Positions 34,246 through 47,896 of a stretch of DNA of 64,000 nt are shown here, in pieces. The position numbers were made by a program, and so were the translations under genes. Source of the stretch: Isurus oxyrinchus (lineage: Eukaryota); contig JANJGN010000024.1 in assembly GCA_026770705.1 (NCBI GenBank), positions 6,262,001-6,326,000 of the forward strand, written 5' to 3'. The notes below the pieces were generated by a model. It did not search any database. It had not been told where the DNA came from and saw nothing but the letters and a program-made list of their open reading frames with translations. Each line of letters begins with the position of its first letter. Within the stretch, counting starts at the first letter, position 1.

Positions 34246-35155
34246 ATCTTAAAGAGCCCTTCAAGATTTACAACATGGCACAATTTAATGAAGGGCAAGA
34301 CCAGGAAATGTGGGGTAGTCCTTCATACATCTTCCAATAGATCTGGGGTATTGCTTACTGGCAATGATGACATGCAGATGCAAATTAAATCCTAAATAAA
34401 ATCTTTAACTGGCTTCCCCATCCTCTACACCTGACGGATAGAGTCTATCCTTGGAATTATCCTACATTCCTCTTTAACTGACTTATATCAGCTCTGTTGA
34501 ATTGAAATTCAGGTCTCATGAAGTTAAAATGGAAAAGACATGAAATTTTCTGCACCTTCCAGCATAAGGTCTTGGGGCAGAATTTTTCGCTCGATGGACA
34601 GGCAGTGGAGGCTGGGACATTGAATATATTTAAGGCTGAGTTAAACAGATTTTTGATTGACAAAAGATTCAAGGGTGAAGGGGCACAGGGGAGACGTGCT
34701 CGAATGTGAAATACCACGCATTGGCATTGGCCGAACGTCCTGACCTCAACGCGCACTCTCGCAATATTTCAGTCAGCGGGGCGCGTGTGGGAATGGACCT
34801 GCATCCGTCATTAATTAAGAGGCCAGTTAAGGCCCTTGACACCCCAACTATCACTGATTTTTCCATAACCTGTGAGGTTTCTCGGCCATCGCATGGGTAA
34901 AACAAGCAGGTGGGCAGGCCACATTTTGCAAAAGCTTATCTACGGGTGGGATAAGAAGGGTCAGTGGCATTGTCAATGTGAGTAATGAGGAGTTTTGGAG
35001 ATCATGTGCCGCTGGTTGCTTATGGGAAATGGACAGCTTCATTCTGAGCATTTCTAGGCTTCATTTCAGGACTCATTGTTGTCTTCCAGGCCCCAAGAGG
35101 ATTCTGGCTGTGTGGACCCTTCCAGGTATCAGACAGCCTCCCATAACCCTGGTAA

Positions 35156-36085
35156 TGGGGATTGTAGTCTCTGCTGGAGGCACCTCCTCTGAGGAGGAAC
35201 AGAAGGGAGAGGAGGCCATGTGTCCCAGTGCAGGTTCCAGTGGAGCGACCTGTCGGAGGAGAGGCGCACGCATTTGAGGGGTGATGAGGGGGCAGGGCCA
35301 GCAGCAAGTCCAAAGTCCAAGGCAGAAGAGGCCGCGGAAGACACCACTATCCTGCTGCCAGGGTTTACAGGCAGCGATGCAGCTAACTCAATATGTCAGA
35401 GGTGCAATGCTGACTCCACCTCTCCAGGGAGACCGTTCACTCCACCTGTCAGAGGATCGGGCATGAGATCAGCCCTGACTGTGTGAGTGGACACCCCATG
35501 ACAGTGGCTCTGAAGGTAACAGTGGCCCTCAACTCCTATGCCTGTAGCTCTTTCCAGGGCTCAGCGGGGGATCTGTATGGAATCTCCCAATCAGATGTCC
35601 GCAGTGCGGTCAAACTGGTGACAGATGCTCTGTTCAGGTGGGCATTGGCTTTCACTCAGTTCCACATGAATGAGGCCAGCCAGGCTGAGTGAGCTAGGGG
35701 CTTTGCAGTGATTGCTGGGTCCCCCTGCCTCCAGGGTGCCATCAATTGCACACATGTGCCCATCAAGATGCCAGCTGGTCAGCCGGGTGCCATCATCAAC
35801 AGGAAGGGCTTCCACTCCATCAATGTGCAGATAATGTGTGACCACAGGATGCTGATTCTGCAAGTCTGTGCAAGGTACCCAGGCAGCTCCCACGACGCCT
35901 ACATCCTCAGACACTCCCAGGTGCCGGGGCTCTTCAGTGCTCCAGCCCGGCTGGATGGACGGCTGCTGGGTGACAAGGGCTATCCCCTCAGAAGGTGGCT
36001 CATGATGCCTCGCCCCATCCAAGAACAGAGGCCAAACACTGGTACAATAGGAGCCATGGCAGCACAAGGGCTGTGTTAGAGAGAA
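35156..36085 (+). pseudogene. Harbinger DDE transposase, C-terminus missing
   Basis: KVTVALNSYACSSFQGSAGD, GAINCTHV, NRKGFHSINVQIMCDH, YPGSSHDAYIL and LGDKGYPL. Confidence 0.9.
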
Positions 36086-36470
36086 CCTCCAGGGGGGCAG
36101 GGACACCCAGGCTGCATTGATCCAACGATCCTTCAGCTAGGCTACCAAACAGGAGCCACCACCACATGTCAGTGCTGCAGCCTCCATACTCGATACCAGA
36201 GAGAAGCATTTCCTTGGCCACCAACATACAATCTGTGCCTGTGCAATTAAGTTTCATGAGACACACATCCATCATTACATAATGGCTTCCCCTGAAGCTA
36301 CAGAACAAACGAAGCATACTCGGGCCAATAGCACAAAATCAAATCCCATTCAATGTTGCATGTGACAGGTTGTTGAACTAAACATTAACCAGTGTTGTTT
36401 GTCACACCATTAAAAAACTCAAAGCAAAATGGGGGAACAAAATATCATCTGTGACAACCCTGCCTTGTGC

Positions 36471-38317
36471 TTAAGGTGATTCAAATTTATGTTTGTGGGT
36501 GCTACATCTAGGTGCTCCACACCCCCGCCACTCCCCCCCCCCCCCCCCCCCCCCCCTCCCCTCACTGGCACCAGCCTGCACACTCTGCTGTCTTGTTAGC
36601 CTTGGCAGTCGACCTCTGGCCCATTGAGTCTGTGCTGGCCCCGCCTGGGAGGGAGTGGCCAGTGCCATAGTGGCATCTTTCCAAATGCCGCAGCCTCATC
36701 AGATGCCATGGTCACTGGCAGATGGAGGAAGGAGCTGCTGCCCTCATCCAGAGCGCCCTGAGAGGAGCCCGCAGAGACGACAGGCAGTTCGTGACCAACA
36801 TGAGGTCACTCTGGACCTCCCTTCTCACTATTGATGCATGGGCACCTAGCTGAGATACTGGGTGCCCAATCCATCTCACACATGGACACTGACCAGCAGA
36901 AGTCATTGCCAGTATGTGGGCTTGCAGGTCCAAGCGCCTTCCCAGGGACCCCATTCAGCCCTGGAGCAGCCTCTCCATTAGAGTCGCCACTCTCTCCATG
37001 AAGGAGGCATTGCACATGAGGGTCAATACAGTGGTCATGCTCCACAGGGACTCCTCCAAAATGGAGACCATTGCACACATGCCTCATGGATCTCTGCCAG
37101 ATCCTTCTGCACATCTCGTTGAACTTCCAGCATCTGCTGCCTAATGGACGACTCCATAGACCCCATCTGCCTTCGACTCAGCATTGTCCTGGTCTCCAGC
37201 AGCCACCCAACTGCTGGCACCTGGGCACTCTCTGCCTCTTCTTGCACCTCAAGTGAGTTGGAAGTGCACCGAGATACTAGACGGCGATCAAATGCCCACC
37301 CAGGTGCTAGTATCTGCGTTGGTGCCTACTTGTCAGAGCAGGTGTGATGCAGGTGCATGGAGAGCATGGGGGTCCTCCGGGATCAGGGGTGGCCCTTCAA
37401 GGTTCCCAGTGTGATCGCCTGCTGGTGAACCTAAAAGGTAAAAGAAGGACATGTCATTAAAGTTATCACGCTGTCACTGTGCATGCCAGGCACCCTGGTG
37501 AGACAACAAACATCTGCGTCACGGTGCCTTTTGGTTATCAGTGGGGACTCCAGAGTTGAGGCTCACATCAATGAAGAAACTACACTAGAATCATTGCACA
37601 AGCCAAAATTCTCACCTCTAGTGCACTGCACTCTTACCTTCATCTGACACCTCAACCTCACCGTAACCAGTTGATCAGGTGCTTGGTGCCTCTCAAGCTC
37701 CAAGGCCTCCTGCTCGTAGCAGGTGAGGATGAGGAGGTGTGGGGGACCCATCCAGCCTACAGTCTCTGAATACTGCTATGGATGTCTTCTCCTGATAGGA
37801 CAGAGGAGCATTGGTTCGTCCACTCTCTACAGGCAGCACCATCGCAGCCTCGCCAATCTCACTTGAGGGACACCTCCCATTACACATCCGATTTGTGGCC
37901 CTTGACTGGCAAGGCACTTAGTGCAAGCAGTCAGGGGTCACCCCTTTAACCAACTCCGGCATAATTGACAGGTGCCACTCAGACTCTAACGCCCCTGATG
38001 TCCAGGTGGTGCCCAGCCCTTAACTGTTCTCCACACTGACCCAACACACTACTCACCCTTCCTAAGTGCAGCAGCTCACTGACCTGCTTCCAGCACTGCA
38101 CCCATGTGCAGTGGCTGCTCACCTGGGATGCCACCTTCTCCCATGCCCTCTTGGTCAGGCGCAGTAGTCTCCTCCTCCCATCTCTGGGGACACGTGTGCC
38201 CCTCCTGGCAGCCACCTCCTCCAGGAGGGCAGCGAGGCACTTGTCAGAGAAACGCGGGGCTGACTGCCCCGCCGATCTCACCTCCCTCATGGACGCTCCG
38301 TCCTGGATCGCAGCCAT
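36471..38317 (-). pseudogene. Harbinger Myb/SANT-like (NAIF1/MSANTD-type) gene, spliced
   Basis: APRFSDKCLAALLEEVAARR..AWEKVASQVSS..TWVQCWKQVSELL, a donor GTGAGT at about 38055, and downstream exons with a coiled coil. Confidence 0.8.
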
Positions 38318-38776
38318 GTTGCAGGCAGGCTCCCTGGTGTTGCCTGCACTGCTTTTGAACCAGCTGCCTGGCCGCCATTGGACCCGGCGGACAGCAGGCC
38401 CCCCCTCCCTCGCCCGCCCCTCCTCAGAGCATCCCCAGCCCTTTTCATGCTGGGCAGTTTCTTGACTGCCCTAAGCAAGCCCACCCGACAAGGGTCAAAC
38501 TCTGCCCTTGGTGTTGGAGATGTCCCAGTCAAAAGTCAGGCATATGAATATCTCGATCTCACTGATGTACATCAAAGCAAGAGGAGAAGGTTCAGTTAAA
38601 ATTGAATGGAAATGGGCATACTTGAAAACTGAGACAAGTAAATATATAGGTTTTTAGTTCACAACATTTGGGCCATAAATTGAAAAAAGCCTTCAGTCAT
38701 TAAAATAAACTTTGGAGTTGATTTTAATCCTACCCAATTGGGTGGAAATCAGGTGAGTAGGCATATAAATTAACAG

Positions 38777-38930
38777 AGATAAAAACAAAAAACTGCGGAT
38801 GCTGGAAATCCAAAACAAAAACAAAAATAGAATTACCTGGAAAAACTCAGCAGGTCTGGCAGCATCGGCGGAGTCCGCCGATGCTGCCAGACCTGCTGAG
38901 TTTTTCCAGGTAATTCTGTTTTTGTTTTTG
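38777..38930. mobile_element. Fold-back Penelope-like terminus, near-perfect hairpin, 14-bp TSD
   Basis: AGAATTACCTGGAAAAACTCAGCAGGTCTGGCAGCATCGGCGGA-G-TCCGCCGATGCTGCCAGACCTGCTGAGTTTTTCCAGGTAATTCT. TSD ATATAAATTAACAG at 38763 and 38931. Confidence 0.9.
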
Positions 38931-41900
38931 ATATAAATTAACAGGCTAGTTTAACTGCCAATGTCCCATTCTCTTTGATCTTAACCCTGAGTCGGTAGCT
39001 AAGGAACCTAACTGAAGTAGGGGCTTTCTTTAAATATGACCATTTTAACTCCAGGCCTAATTGAGGAGGGGGCAATGTTTTTTTTTTGCATTCTGAACGC
39101 ATCATGGAGATTGTATAGGATAGTTTTACTTTTAATTTCCCTTGTGGAGCCAAAAGGAGCGGGAATGCCCTTCTGGACTCCACAGGAAACATTAGACCTC
39201 CACTGTCCCTGGGCCGCTCCCTTCCCGACTGGGAGGACTCTTTCCACCTCCGACAGCTCCGTCCACACATCTGAGAAGCGGACGAAGACAGTCCAGATTG
39301 ACACAAAATGGCGGCTACTTCCCACTCATTCCATGGCAGCTTGTCAATGAGGCCCAGTGGTTAAAATTACCATCTCCTCATTCTGCTGTGACAGCCTGTG
39401 AATTGAATGAATCTAACCTGCCAAAGACTTGGTGATTAAAATCTCTTTTTTTGGATGTATTTCACGTTCTCTTGATCCTAATACAAAACTACTGCAAAGC
39501 TAAAGTGATACATAAAGTACATTAGAATCAAGGTCAATTAGGTATTGATGGTTTTCTTGATCGCTCCTTTATTGTTGGACAAAAATAGTTTTCGTCCTTA
39601 AGCACGAGTCTCTAGACTACCAGATTTAATGCTGGAATTTAAATCAGTGTTATCAAAGGGCAAAATAAGATGCATTGCATCTTGCACTCTACTTCATAAT
39701 AGCCATCAGTAAAAGCTTACAGTATGCTTCTGTACTGCTGTTGTATGATAGGTAATTTTCAGATACTGTATTATACCATTTGCAAGAAATCATTCTTAAT
39801 ATCAGGCATCTACCATTTTACTGTTATTAGCATATCTTCAGCATGCTAATGATCTGCTTCCCACTGACTTAAAGAAGTTTGAGAAGCTTTTTGTCATGAT
39901 TGCTTATGTGGTTGTTCTGTAGGTTTTAAGAAACCTATTGAGCATTAAATGTAGCTGCAGACAAACCTGAGTAGAATGTTAATACTGAATGAATGGACAT
40001 TGCATCTTGCAAAAGACAGTATACTTGTGATAATGCTGTGTTGATATCATAGTGGTTCAGATCTTGCTGGAGCAGGGCACCTCGCAGAGTGCCCCATTAG
40101 CTAGACATTTTCCTGCACCCTTCCCCTCAGACATCTTTTTACCCTGAAATGTGACTTGATGGCAGGGATGTGGAGGGCGATGGGGCATCTGGAACAACAA
40201 GTCCAACATTGTATCTCCTTAACTAATGAGATGAAAAGATTGGTAAAGAAACAAAGAAGGAAGGGGAATTAGAATGGGTGAATTAGCATCAAATCAGGTA
40301 CAGAAAGAGAAATAAGGAGATAACGAAAGGTTGAAAGAAAGGAAAAAGAGACAAAATTTTTTCTTAAATTACCTTTTCTAAATCTCTAAGAAAAATCTAT
40401 TAAGTGCAGAAATGAGGTTGAACAATTTAAATTATTCCTTTTATGAGGCAGAGTGGGTGATTGGCATTGTATTAACAATTATCACACCATTAAAAGGTGC
40501 TTATACACTTAATCACCATTGCTAACTTTTTGCAGGGAGTTTAATGGGCAATTAATCCTGTAAAACAAATCTTAAAAACAATGGGGAGGTTGAGCATTGA
40601 ATGTTGTTTGTGTGAAACAAGTAGCGGAGTGGTTTAAATGGGCCAGCAAGTTCTGAAGATTTGCAACTCCCACATATCCCTAAATCCCTTGACTTCACTG
40701 GCTATTTTGTGCATTAATAACAGCATGCATTGTTATTTTTCCAGCATCATTCAGCTCATTGTGTTTCAAGAGGTAAAGTACCTATGTGATCCCATTAGAA
40801 AAAAAAAGCCTGGTTGCAACAGGGATTTTTCAATTATCTGTGAATTAAACTATGAATCTTTCAGTTGTGCATTTAATTTTGAAAAATCTCAATCTAAGAT
40901 TAATCATCACGGGTAAAGAAAGCTTTCTATAAAGTACTGAGCAAAACTGATCACAAGAAGACTGTGGATTGTTCATCTTTAAGGTTGATTTTATCAGCTG
41001 GTAAATTTTATCTGGTTCTTAAAACTCAACAAATATTATTTGTAGTAATATCTTTATATATTTCTTCCTCAATGGAAGCACATTTATAGTCTATTAGAGG
41101 TGCTTCAAAAAGTTGAACACATAACTGAAATAAATGATTCTATCGCAGAATGAAAATAAAATGAAAATTAAAGATTAGCTCAGTATCTGTGTGTAACATG
41201 CTAATCATAATTGCAGGATTAATGTTTTGTTTTACACTATCTCATAATATCCAGAGGCTTCACACAAAGGAAAATGTTCAGTCAACACTTTGCAGGCAGT
41301 AATGCCATTGTTTCCACAGAGGAATGGCTGCAGAATTATATGTTCACACTGTTTACACATGTAAATGTAAAAGATAGTTATGTTCTGTATTCATTCTCCG
41401 CTACATACCATGGATAATCTTCGCAGCTCTAAAATCCCATAGGGCAGTTTTGTTCAGTCTGTCCTTTTAATGCCATGCCATGACTATACCCTACCTATTT
41501 AATCTCTTGAAAGAAAGCTCATAAATATTCCCTGACTCCAGTGGTTAGCAAGCAAAATATGGTTAATTCATCTGTCTTGATATCTTCTTTTCACAGTCTT
41601 CAACTCTGGTCCCTTTTTTCAGGCAACTAGCCCTCTTCCCCATTTGAATAAATTACTATAACTCATGGACAAATTACCATAACTCATGGAGTACCTTGTC
41701 ATTGTTAATGTCTAGCTAATATAACTTTGAAACGAGGGTTGGATTACAATGTCAATTTTAAACAATTCCAAAACATTTCAAATTGTCTGTACCAACATGA
41801 GCACTTTTAATTAATTTAAATTTATTTTAGAAGAATCAATTCACTCAGGTTGAACTCAGCAGGGCCTATTGAAATGGAAGCCAGGCACATCCATTAAAAC

Positions 41901-42902
41901 ATTAATCTATTAGCTGACCTTTAAAATTGTTACTTATATGCAAAAGCAAATTTGAGAAGTGTTCCATAATTTTCAACATAATGGCAGTACAATAGGTTAG
42001 AGTAGGTTAGAATCAGAATCCAAATGGTTTGATAAAAATAAGAAAATTAGGCAAAATACTACAGAATAGTGGGAAGGAAGTCAAAGAAGTGATGTGTAGG
42101 TGGACATATGAAATCAGTGAGGGGCAAAGTAGAATAATCATGAGAGATTTTAATTACTCCCAAACAAACTGTCAAGAAAAGGAAGTGAAAGAGGTACAAA
42201 GTAGACGAGGCAAATGTAGTAGGTGTCATCTTTCTGGATTTTCAAAAGGCATTCAATAAAATACCATATGGTGGACCCAGGTTGAATATCAATGTGGAAC
42301 CAAGGGATAAGTAGCAGAATGCAGCAAACTGGCTGATGAATAGAAAAAAGTGGATAAGGCTGATAGGTGGTTTCTCAGATTGGCAAAAGGTGGCAAGTAA
42401 TGTCCGACAAAGATCAGTGCTGGGAATCGCCATTGTTCACCATTTACATAAATGATTTGGACTCAGGAATGGGAAGAACAATTTCAAAATTTGCACAGGA
42501 CACCAAATTGGGAGTGTGTTTAATGCAGTGAAGGGCAGTGACAAATACAGGAAGACATTACACAACTTCCAGAATGCTGAGTAATTGGAAAATTAACCTC
42601 AATGTGGATAAATGGTACATTATGAAAGAAAGAATAAAGATGCTGTGTAACCCTTGGAAAATAAGTGGATAAATGGGGTAGGAGGGACCCGGGATACAGA
42701 TGTAGAAATCACTGAAAGTTGTAATGCAGGTTGATAAGTTCATAAAAATAAACAAAGCCCAAGGTTCCATTTTCAGAGGGATAGAATTAAAAAGCAGAGA
42801 GGTAATGGTAAATTTGTACAGAACCTTGGTGAGGCCACACTATTGTGACATTTCTGGTTCTTGTATTAAAAAAGAAGGGTCTACAGGCACTGGAGAAATA
42901 AT

Positions 42903-45900
42903 ATTCGTACCACACAAGTGCCAGACAATGACCACTTCCCTTGACATTCAACAGCATTACCATTACTGAATTATTCACCATCAACCTCCTGAGGGTTACC
43001 ATTGACCAGAAACATTACTGGAGCAGCCATATAAATACTGTGGCTCCAAGAGCAGGTCAGGGGCTGGGAATTCTATGGTGAATAATTCACATCCTGACTC
43101 GCCATTTACAAAACACAAGTCAGGAGTGTGATGCAATACTCTCCTTTTGCTTGGATGAGTGCAGACCATAAGACAATAAGACATAGGAGCAGAAATTAGG
43201 CCATTCGGCCCATCAGGTCTGCTCCACCATTCAATCATGGCTGTTAAGTTTCTCAACCCTATTCTCCCACCTTCTCCCCGTAACCTTTGATCCCCTTACC
43301 AATCAAGAACCTATCTATCTCAGTCTTAAATACACTCAATGACCTGGCCTGCACAGCCATCTGTAGCAATGAATTCCATAGATTCACCACTTTCTGGCTA
43401 AAGAAGATTCTCCTCATCTCTGTTCTAAAAGGTCTTCCCTTTACTCCGAGGCTGTGCCCTTGGGTCCTAGTCGCTCCTACTAATGGAAACATCTTCCCCA
43501 TGTCCACTCTATCCAGGCCTTTCAGTATTCTGTAAGTTTCAATCAGATCCCCCCTCATCCTTCTAAACTCCATTGAGTATAGACCCAGAGTCCTCAAACG
43601 TTCCTCATATGTTAAGGCTTTCGTTCCTGGGATCATTCTCGTGAACCTCCTCTGGACCCTCTCCAGGGCCAGCACATCCTTCCTGAGATATGGGGCCCAA
43701 AATTGCTCACAATATTCTAAATGTGGTCTGACCAGAGACTTATAAAGCCTCAGTAGCACATCCCTGTTTTTATATTCTAGTCCTCTTGAAATAAATGCCA
43801 ACATTGCATTTGCCGTCCTAACTACCAACTCAACCTGCAAGTTAAACTTAAGAGAATCCTGGACTTGGACTCCCAAGTCCCTTTGCACTCCAGATTTATG
43901 AATTCTCTCCCCATTTAGAAAAAAGTCTATGTCTCTATTCTTTCTACCAAAGTGCATAATCTCACACTGCCCCATGTTGTATTCCATCTGCCACTTCTTT
44001 GCCCATTCTCCTAACCTGTCCAAATCCTTCTGCAGCCTCCCCACCTCCTCAATACTACCTGTCCCTCCACCTATCTTTGTATCATCTGCAAACTTAGCCA
44101 GGATGCCCTCAGTTCCTTCATCTAGATCATTAATGTATAAAGTGAAAAGATGTGCTCCCTACACTGACCCTTGCAGAACTCCACTAGTCACCGGCCGCCA
44201 TCCTGAGAAGGACCCCCTTAAGCCCCCTCTCTGCCTCCTGCCAGACAGCCAATCTTCTATCCATGCTAGTACCTTGCCTCTAACGCCATGGGCTCTTATA
44301 TTACTGAGCAGCCTCCAGTGTGGCACATTGTCAAATGCCTTCTGGAAGTCCAAGTAGATAACATCCATTGGCTCTCCTTTGTCTAACCTACTCATTACTT
44401 CCTCAAAGAATTCTAACAGATTTGTCAGGCATGACCTCCCCTTGATGAAACCATGCTGACTTTGCCCTATTTTACCATGTACTTCCAAGTATTCTGAAAC
44501 CTCATCCTTAATAATAGACTCTAAAATCTTAGCAACAGCCGACGTAAGGCTAATCAGTCTGTAATTTCCCGTCTTTTGCCTCACTCCCTTCTTAAACAGG
44601 GTGGTTACATTAGCGATTTTCCAGTCCTCCGGGACCCTGCCTGACACCAATGATTCCTGAAAGATCACCACTAACGCCTCCACTATCTTTTCAGCTATCT
44701 CCTTCAGAACTCTGGGGTGTAATCCATCTGGTCCAGGTGATTTATCCACCTTCAGACCTTTCAGTTTTCCTAGCACCTTCTCCCTGGTAATAGCCACCAT
44801 ACTCACCTCTGCCCCCCGACTCTCTTGAACTTTGGGGATGTTACTCGTGTCTTCCACTGTGAAGACTGACGCAAAGTACCTATTCAGTTCCTCCGCCATT
44901 TCTTTGTTCCCCACTACTACTTCTCCAGCGTCATTTCCCAACGGCCCAATGTCCACTTTTGCCTCTCTCTTACCCTTTATATATCTAAAAACCTCTTGCA
45001 ATCTTCTTTTATATTACTGGCTAGGTTGCCCTCATATTTAATCTTCTCCCTCCTTATTTCTTTTTTAGTTGTCCTCTGTTGGTCTTTGTAGGCTTCCCAA
45101 TCCCCTGGTTTCCCACTGCTCTTTGCCGCATTGTATGCTTTCTCTTTAGCTTTTATGCTGTCCCTGACTTCCCTTGTCAGCCATGGTTGCCTCGTCCTCC
45201 CTTTAGTATGCTTCTTCTTCCTAGGGATGAATTTTTGCTGTCTCTCCCAAATTACTCCCAGAAACTCCTGCCATTGCTGCTCCACTGTCTTTCCTGCTAG
45301 GCTCATCTCCCAGTCAATTCTGGCCAGCTCCTCCCTCATGCCTCTGTAGTTGCCTTTATTCAACTGTAATACCGTTACATCTGATTCCAGATTTTTCCTC
45401 CCAAATTGCAGGGTAAATTCTATCATATTATGGTCACTTCCTCCTCAGGGTTCCTTCACCTTAAGCTCCCTTATCAAATCTGCCTCATTACCCATCACTA
45501 AATCTAGAATTGCCTGTTCCCTAGTGGGCTCCACTACAAGCTGCTCCAAAAAGCCATCTTGTAGACATTCCACAAAACTCCAGCTCCAACAAAACCCAAG
45601 AAAATCAACACCATCCAGGACAAAACAGTTTGTTTGATCAGCACCCCTTCCATCACTTTAACATTCACTTCCTCCACCACCACTGCACAGTGACCGCAGT
45701 GCATACCATCTATGAGAGGCATTGCAGCAACTCACCAGTCACCCTTACACAGCACCTTCCAAACCCACGACTTCTACCACTTAGAAGGACAGGGCAGCAG
45801 ACACATGGGAACACCACTATCTGGAAGTTTCCCTCCAAGTCACTCACTCTCCTGACTTGGAAATATATCGCCGTTCCTTCACTGTCACTGGGTCAAAATC

Positions 45901-46060
45901 CTGGCACTCCCTTCCTAACAGCACTGTGGGTGCACCTACACCACATGGGCTGCTAGTGGCTCATGAAAGCAGCTCACCACCACCTTCTCAAGTGCAATGA
46001 GGAATGGGTAGCAAATACTGGCCTAGACAGCAATGCTTAATCCTAAGAATGAATTTTAAT
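42903..46060 (+). mobile_element. CR1/L2-group LINE 3' part (42903-43164 plus 45581-46060)
   Basis: ..TGGATGAGTGCAG| resumes as |CTCCAACAAAAC... The 3' half is homologous to 14060-14378. Confidence 0.8.
43165..45580 (-). mobile_element. Younger 5'-truncated CR1 LINE (ORF2 linker plus RT)
   Basis: ORFs 44977-45426, 44159-45001 and 43259-44044 (KSPGPDG, QHGFIKGRSCLTNL, YLDFQKAFD, YKSLVRPHLEYC). TCTTAT-type short repeat tail. Confidence 0.95.
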
Positions 46061-46515
46061 AAAGATACAAATAAGATTTACTAGAATGATAGCAGAACTG
46101 AAAGATTATACTGATCAGGAAAGATTGATCAGGCTGGGTCCCTTTTCTTAAGGAAACTGAAGACTAAGGGGTATCTGATAGTATTATTTTAGATTCTGAA
46201 TGAGTTTGCTATGGTAGATATAGAGAAGGTTTTCCACATGTGGAGGAGACCTAGGGGCTGCAAGTAAAAGATAGTCACTAATAAATCCAACAGGGAATTC
46301 AAGAGAAATCTTCTTTACCCAGACAATGGTGAGAATATGGAACTAGCTACCACAAGGAGTAGTTGAGGCAAATAGCATAGATGCATTTAAGGGGGAGCTA
46401 GATGTAAGGGAGAAAGGACATGTTGCTCAGGTTAGATAAATAAGGGTGGGAGTATGTTTGTACGAAGCATAACCATTGGCACGAACCAGCCTCTTTCTGT
46501 TCTGTAAATACTATG

Positions 46516-47825
46516 GGAAGAATTTTACGATAACCATGTGGGCATGCAGTAGGTATGACCCTTTGTGAAATGGGGCGTGATGACCTGCGAGGGCATCCCA
46601 ATATCATCAGGTCGCCTCGCGAGATTTCAGTCGGTGGGCGCGTATGGAAATTGGAAGCCGACAGTCAAAGGGCAAGTAAAACGCATTAACTCCCCAAATG
46701 ACAGCAATTCTAAGTGCCCCATGAGCTTCTATGCTCAGGGCATGGGCCAATCTGTCAGGCAGCCTTCGCATCTTACATTCATTCTATATTCAGGTTGGGA
46801 TAAAAGGCCCAGAAGATGTTGGTAAGGTGAGGAGTTAGAAGTTTTGTTGTGAGCTGTTTGTTTATGGATTAGAGGTAGTCTCTGGCATTTTTTCGTTGCT
46901 TTGGGTAATTCTCCGATCGCTAAACATTTGCAGAGGCTTTCTGCAGAAAGGCTGCTTTAGTGCAGAAACCAATGCAAACATCTGGACAAAAATGGGGATT
47001 GTGTACTCAGCTGGAGGGACCTCCTCATGAGGAGGAGGGGGCCAGATGGGGGAGGAGGCCAGTTCCCCACAGGCACCATACCAGAGTCTGCCCTCTGGAC
47101 TGAGAGGCACTGCAAAGAAGAGTGGAGGGTCAGCAGCATTTGCAGGGTAGAGGTGCCCGGAGATGGGGGCATGTGTGAATCATATATACAAACAAATCGG
47201 AGGTTCAGCCAAACTCTGTGTCTTGTGCATTTTGTTTTGTAATTTCTGAGTCCAAGAACTATCATAAGGGGGAACAAGGATGGGAAACATTTACAATGTG
47301 GATCATGAGTACTACATTGGCCCAGAGCTCTGCATGAGAGAGAGAGTGGTGACTATCATGGAAAGGCAACTCCAGAACTCAACCAGGGACTGGCACCTTT
47401 ATGGCAACATGCATGCACCCCGCACACAGGCATTCGAGGTGGGGGGGTGCAGGGTAAGTTATGGCAGTGGCCACGCATTAGGGACACCTGTATAAACTGA
47501 CCATTCCTCTGCAACTAAGACAGATCAGGCACAGCCACAGTGATATGATTGGGGTTAGGCTCCTAGCCTGCCCGCCCATGCAAGCAACGCGGAGACACCA
47601 AAGGGCTGTCAAACGCTCCAGACCTTACTCCCACCCTGACCACCCCCCCCCACCCCCCCACCTCCCCCCCCTCCCCCACCCCCCTCCCCCTCACCCCGAG
47701 CACAGACTTTGAGTCCGCCACCACTTCATTGGACCGTGGAGCATTTGGACTGCACACGTTGTACAATCTCCTCGCCAATGCTGGCCATGTAACAGTCACC
47801 GCTGGGGGTGCTCACAGCCCTGCGG
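46516..47825 (+). mobile_element. Harbinger left-end fragments from two families
   Basis: Starts GGGAAGAATTTTAC. ATGGGGATTGTGTACTCAGCTGGAGGGACCTCCTC at about 46992 resembles the transposase start at 35156. 47420-47822 closely matches 48885-49252. Confidence 0.65.
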
Positions 47826-47896
47826 TTTTGTGCTGTGGGGGCACGTCTGGGATTTAACATCTGATGATTTTACAGTTTGAGGAGGCCTGCCCAACG

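Larger units (their letters stand above)
34575..38507. mobile_element. PIF/Harbinger transposon, two convergent genes, 3-bp TSD TTG
   Basis: TIRs GGGCAGAATTTT / CAAACTCTGCCC, with TTG at 34572-34574 and 38508-38510. Confidence 0.9.
42010..46512 (+). mobile_element. Old CR1 LINE remnant (42010-42900 plus 46062-46512) split by nested LINEs
   Basis: IELKSREVMVNLYRTLVRPH then ..ALE at about 42895 resumes as IQIRFTRMI at about 46065. Confidence 0.75.

Noticed and set aside
36533-36561. Poly-C tract (G-quadruplex potential)
   Set aside because: A simple homopolymer expansion inside a decayed transposon. Similar tracts occur at about 47640 and 48660.
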